Below are positions 63,585 through 64,000 of a DNA stretch of 64,000 nucleotides, piece by piece (the first letter of the stretch is position 1; every line of letters starts with the position of its first letter). A model generated the notes under the pieces. It saw only the letters and a list, made by a program, of their open reading frames with translations, was not told the DNA's origin and searched no databases. The DNA comes from Spironucleus salmonicida. Lineage: Eukaryota. Location of the stretch: contig NC_090600.1 in assembly GCF_000497125.1 (NCBI RefSeq), positions 1,571,197 to 1,635,196 on the forward strand. Reading direction: 5' to 3'. A program made the position numbers and the translations under genes.

Positions 63585-64000
63585 ATGATTCTCATTCTTT
63601 AAATTGACTGCTAGGTTTCTACCTGTGCTGCGCTAAATTTCCTTCCTCACATATCGAGTATTCCAAAAAATATAGATTTGCGTGAACTTGGCCTTATTAC
63701 TAGTGCAAAGTCGTAGGGAAACTGCTTTGCTTCATTTGCTATTATCATGAACTCGTTACTAGAAAATGCTATTTTACTTGTTTAAGATGTCACGTAAAGA
63801 GATTTTTGGCGTAAAAATGCAAATGAGTTATCATTATCAACATAGTTTTTGTTAAGCAACACCCGTGGTGCTAGCGCTTATTGTGATGGAGGAGATGCAG
63901 TAAAAGGGCTTAATTATTTATATTCATCCAATATCACTACTGTAGAACTAGAAATTAATTTTCCATATAAACCAGAGCATTTTATAGAGAGATATTTTAA
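63585..64000 (+). CDS. papain-family (C1A) cathepsin L-like protein, catalytic Cys replaced, 3'-partial
   Basis: MILILQIDC...IPKNIDLRELGLITSAKSQGNCFASFAI...LENAIL...LSTQFLLS...YCDGGD...FPY. Confidence 0.8.

Noticed and set aside
1-64000. tRNA, rRNA, telomeric or transposon sequences
   Set aside because: None recognised by eye; tRNAscan/Infernal were not run.

Overview
This is eukaryotic, AT-rich, gene-dense, apparently intron-free DNA that uses the non-standard nuclear code in which TAA/TAG encode Gln and TGA is the only stop (translation table 6). The supplied standard-code ORF track is therefore mostly fragments or antisense noise. The code, very short intergenic spacers and AGTGA motifs that include the stop codon point to a hexamitid diplomonad (Spironucleus/Hexamita-like); this assignment is inference. 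Manual re-translation gives 37 CDSs. Recognisable products are an SLC35F-like transporter, a Dbf4-like protein, dephospho-CoA kinase, AK6/Fap7, Derlin, a two-ring AAA+ ATPase, a ~5,560-aa divergent dynein heavy chain, a Taspase/asparaginase-2 hydrolase, ISWI, Polo kinase, importin-5, two further kinases, TAF10-like and H2A/NF-YC-like histone-fold genes, two GARP/Myb paralogues and a papain-family protein. There is also a coiled-coil gene containing 5.5 apparently identical 501-bp repeats. The most interesting candidates are the divergent TAF10-like/histone-fold pair, the Dbf4-like protein with motifs N, M and C, and the dynein with a degenerate AAA1 site. All protein assignments are by eye from remembered family motifs; no searches were run. 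Long ORFs were frame-checked at several points, not at every codon.
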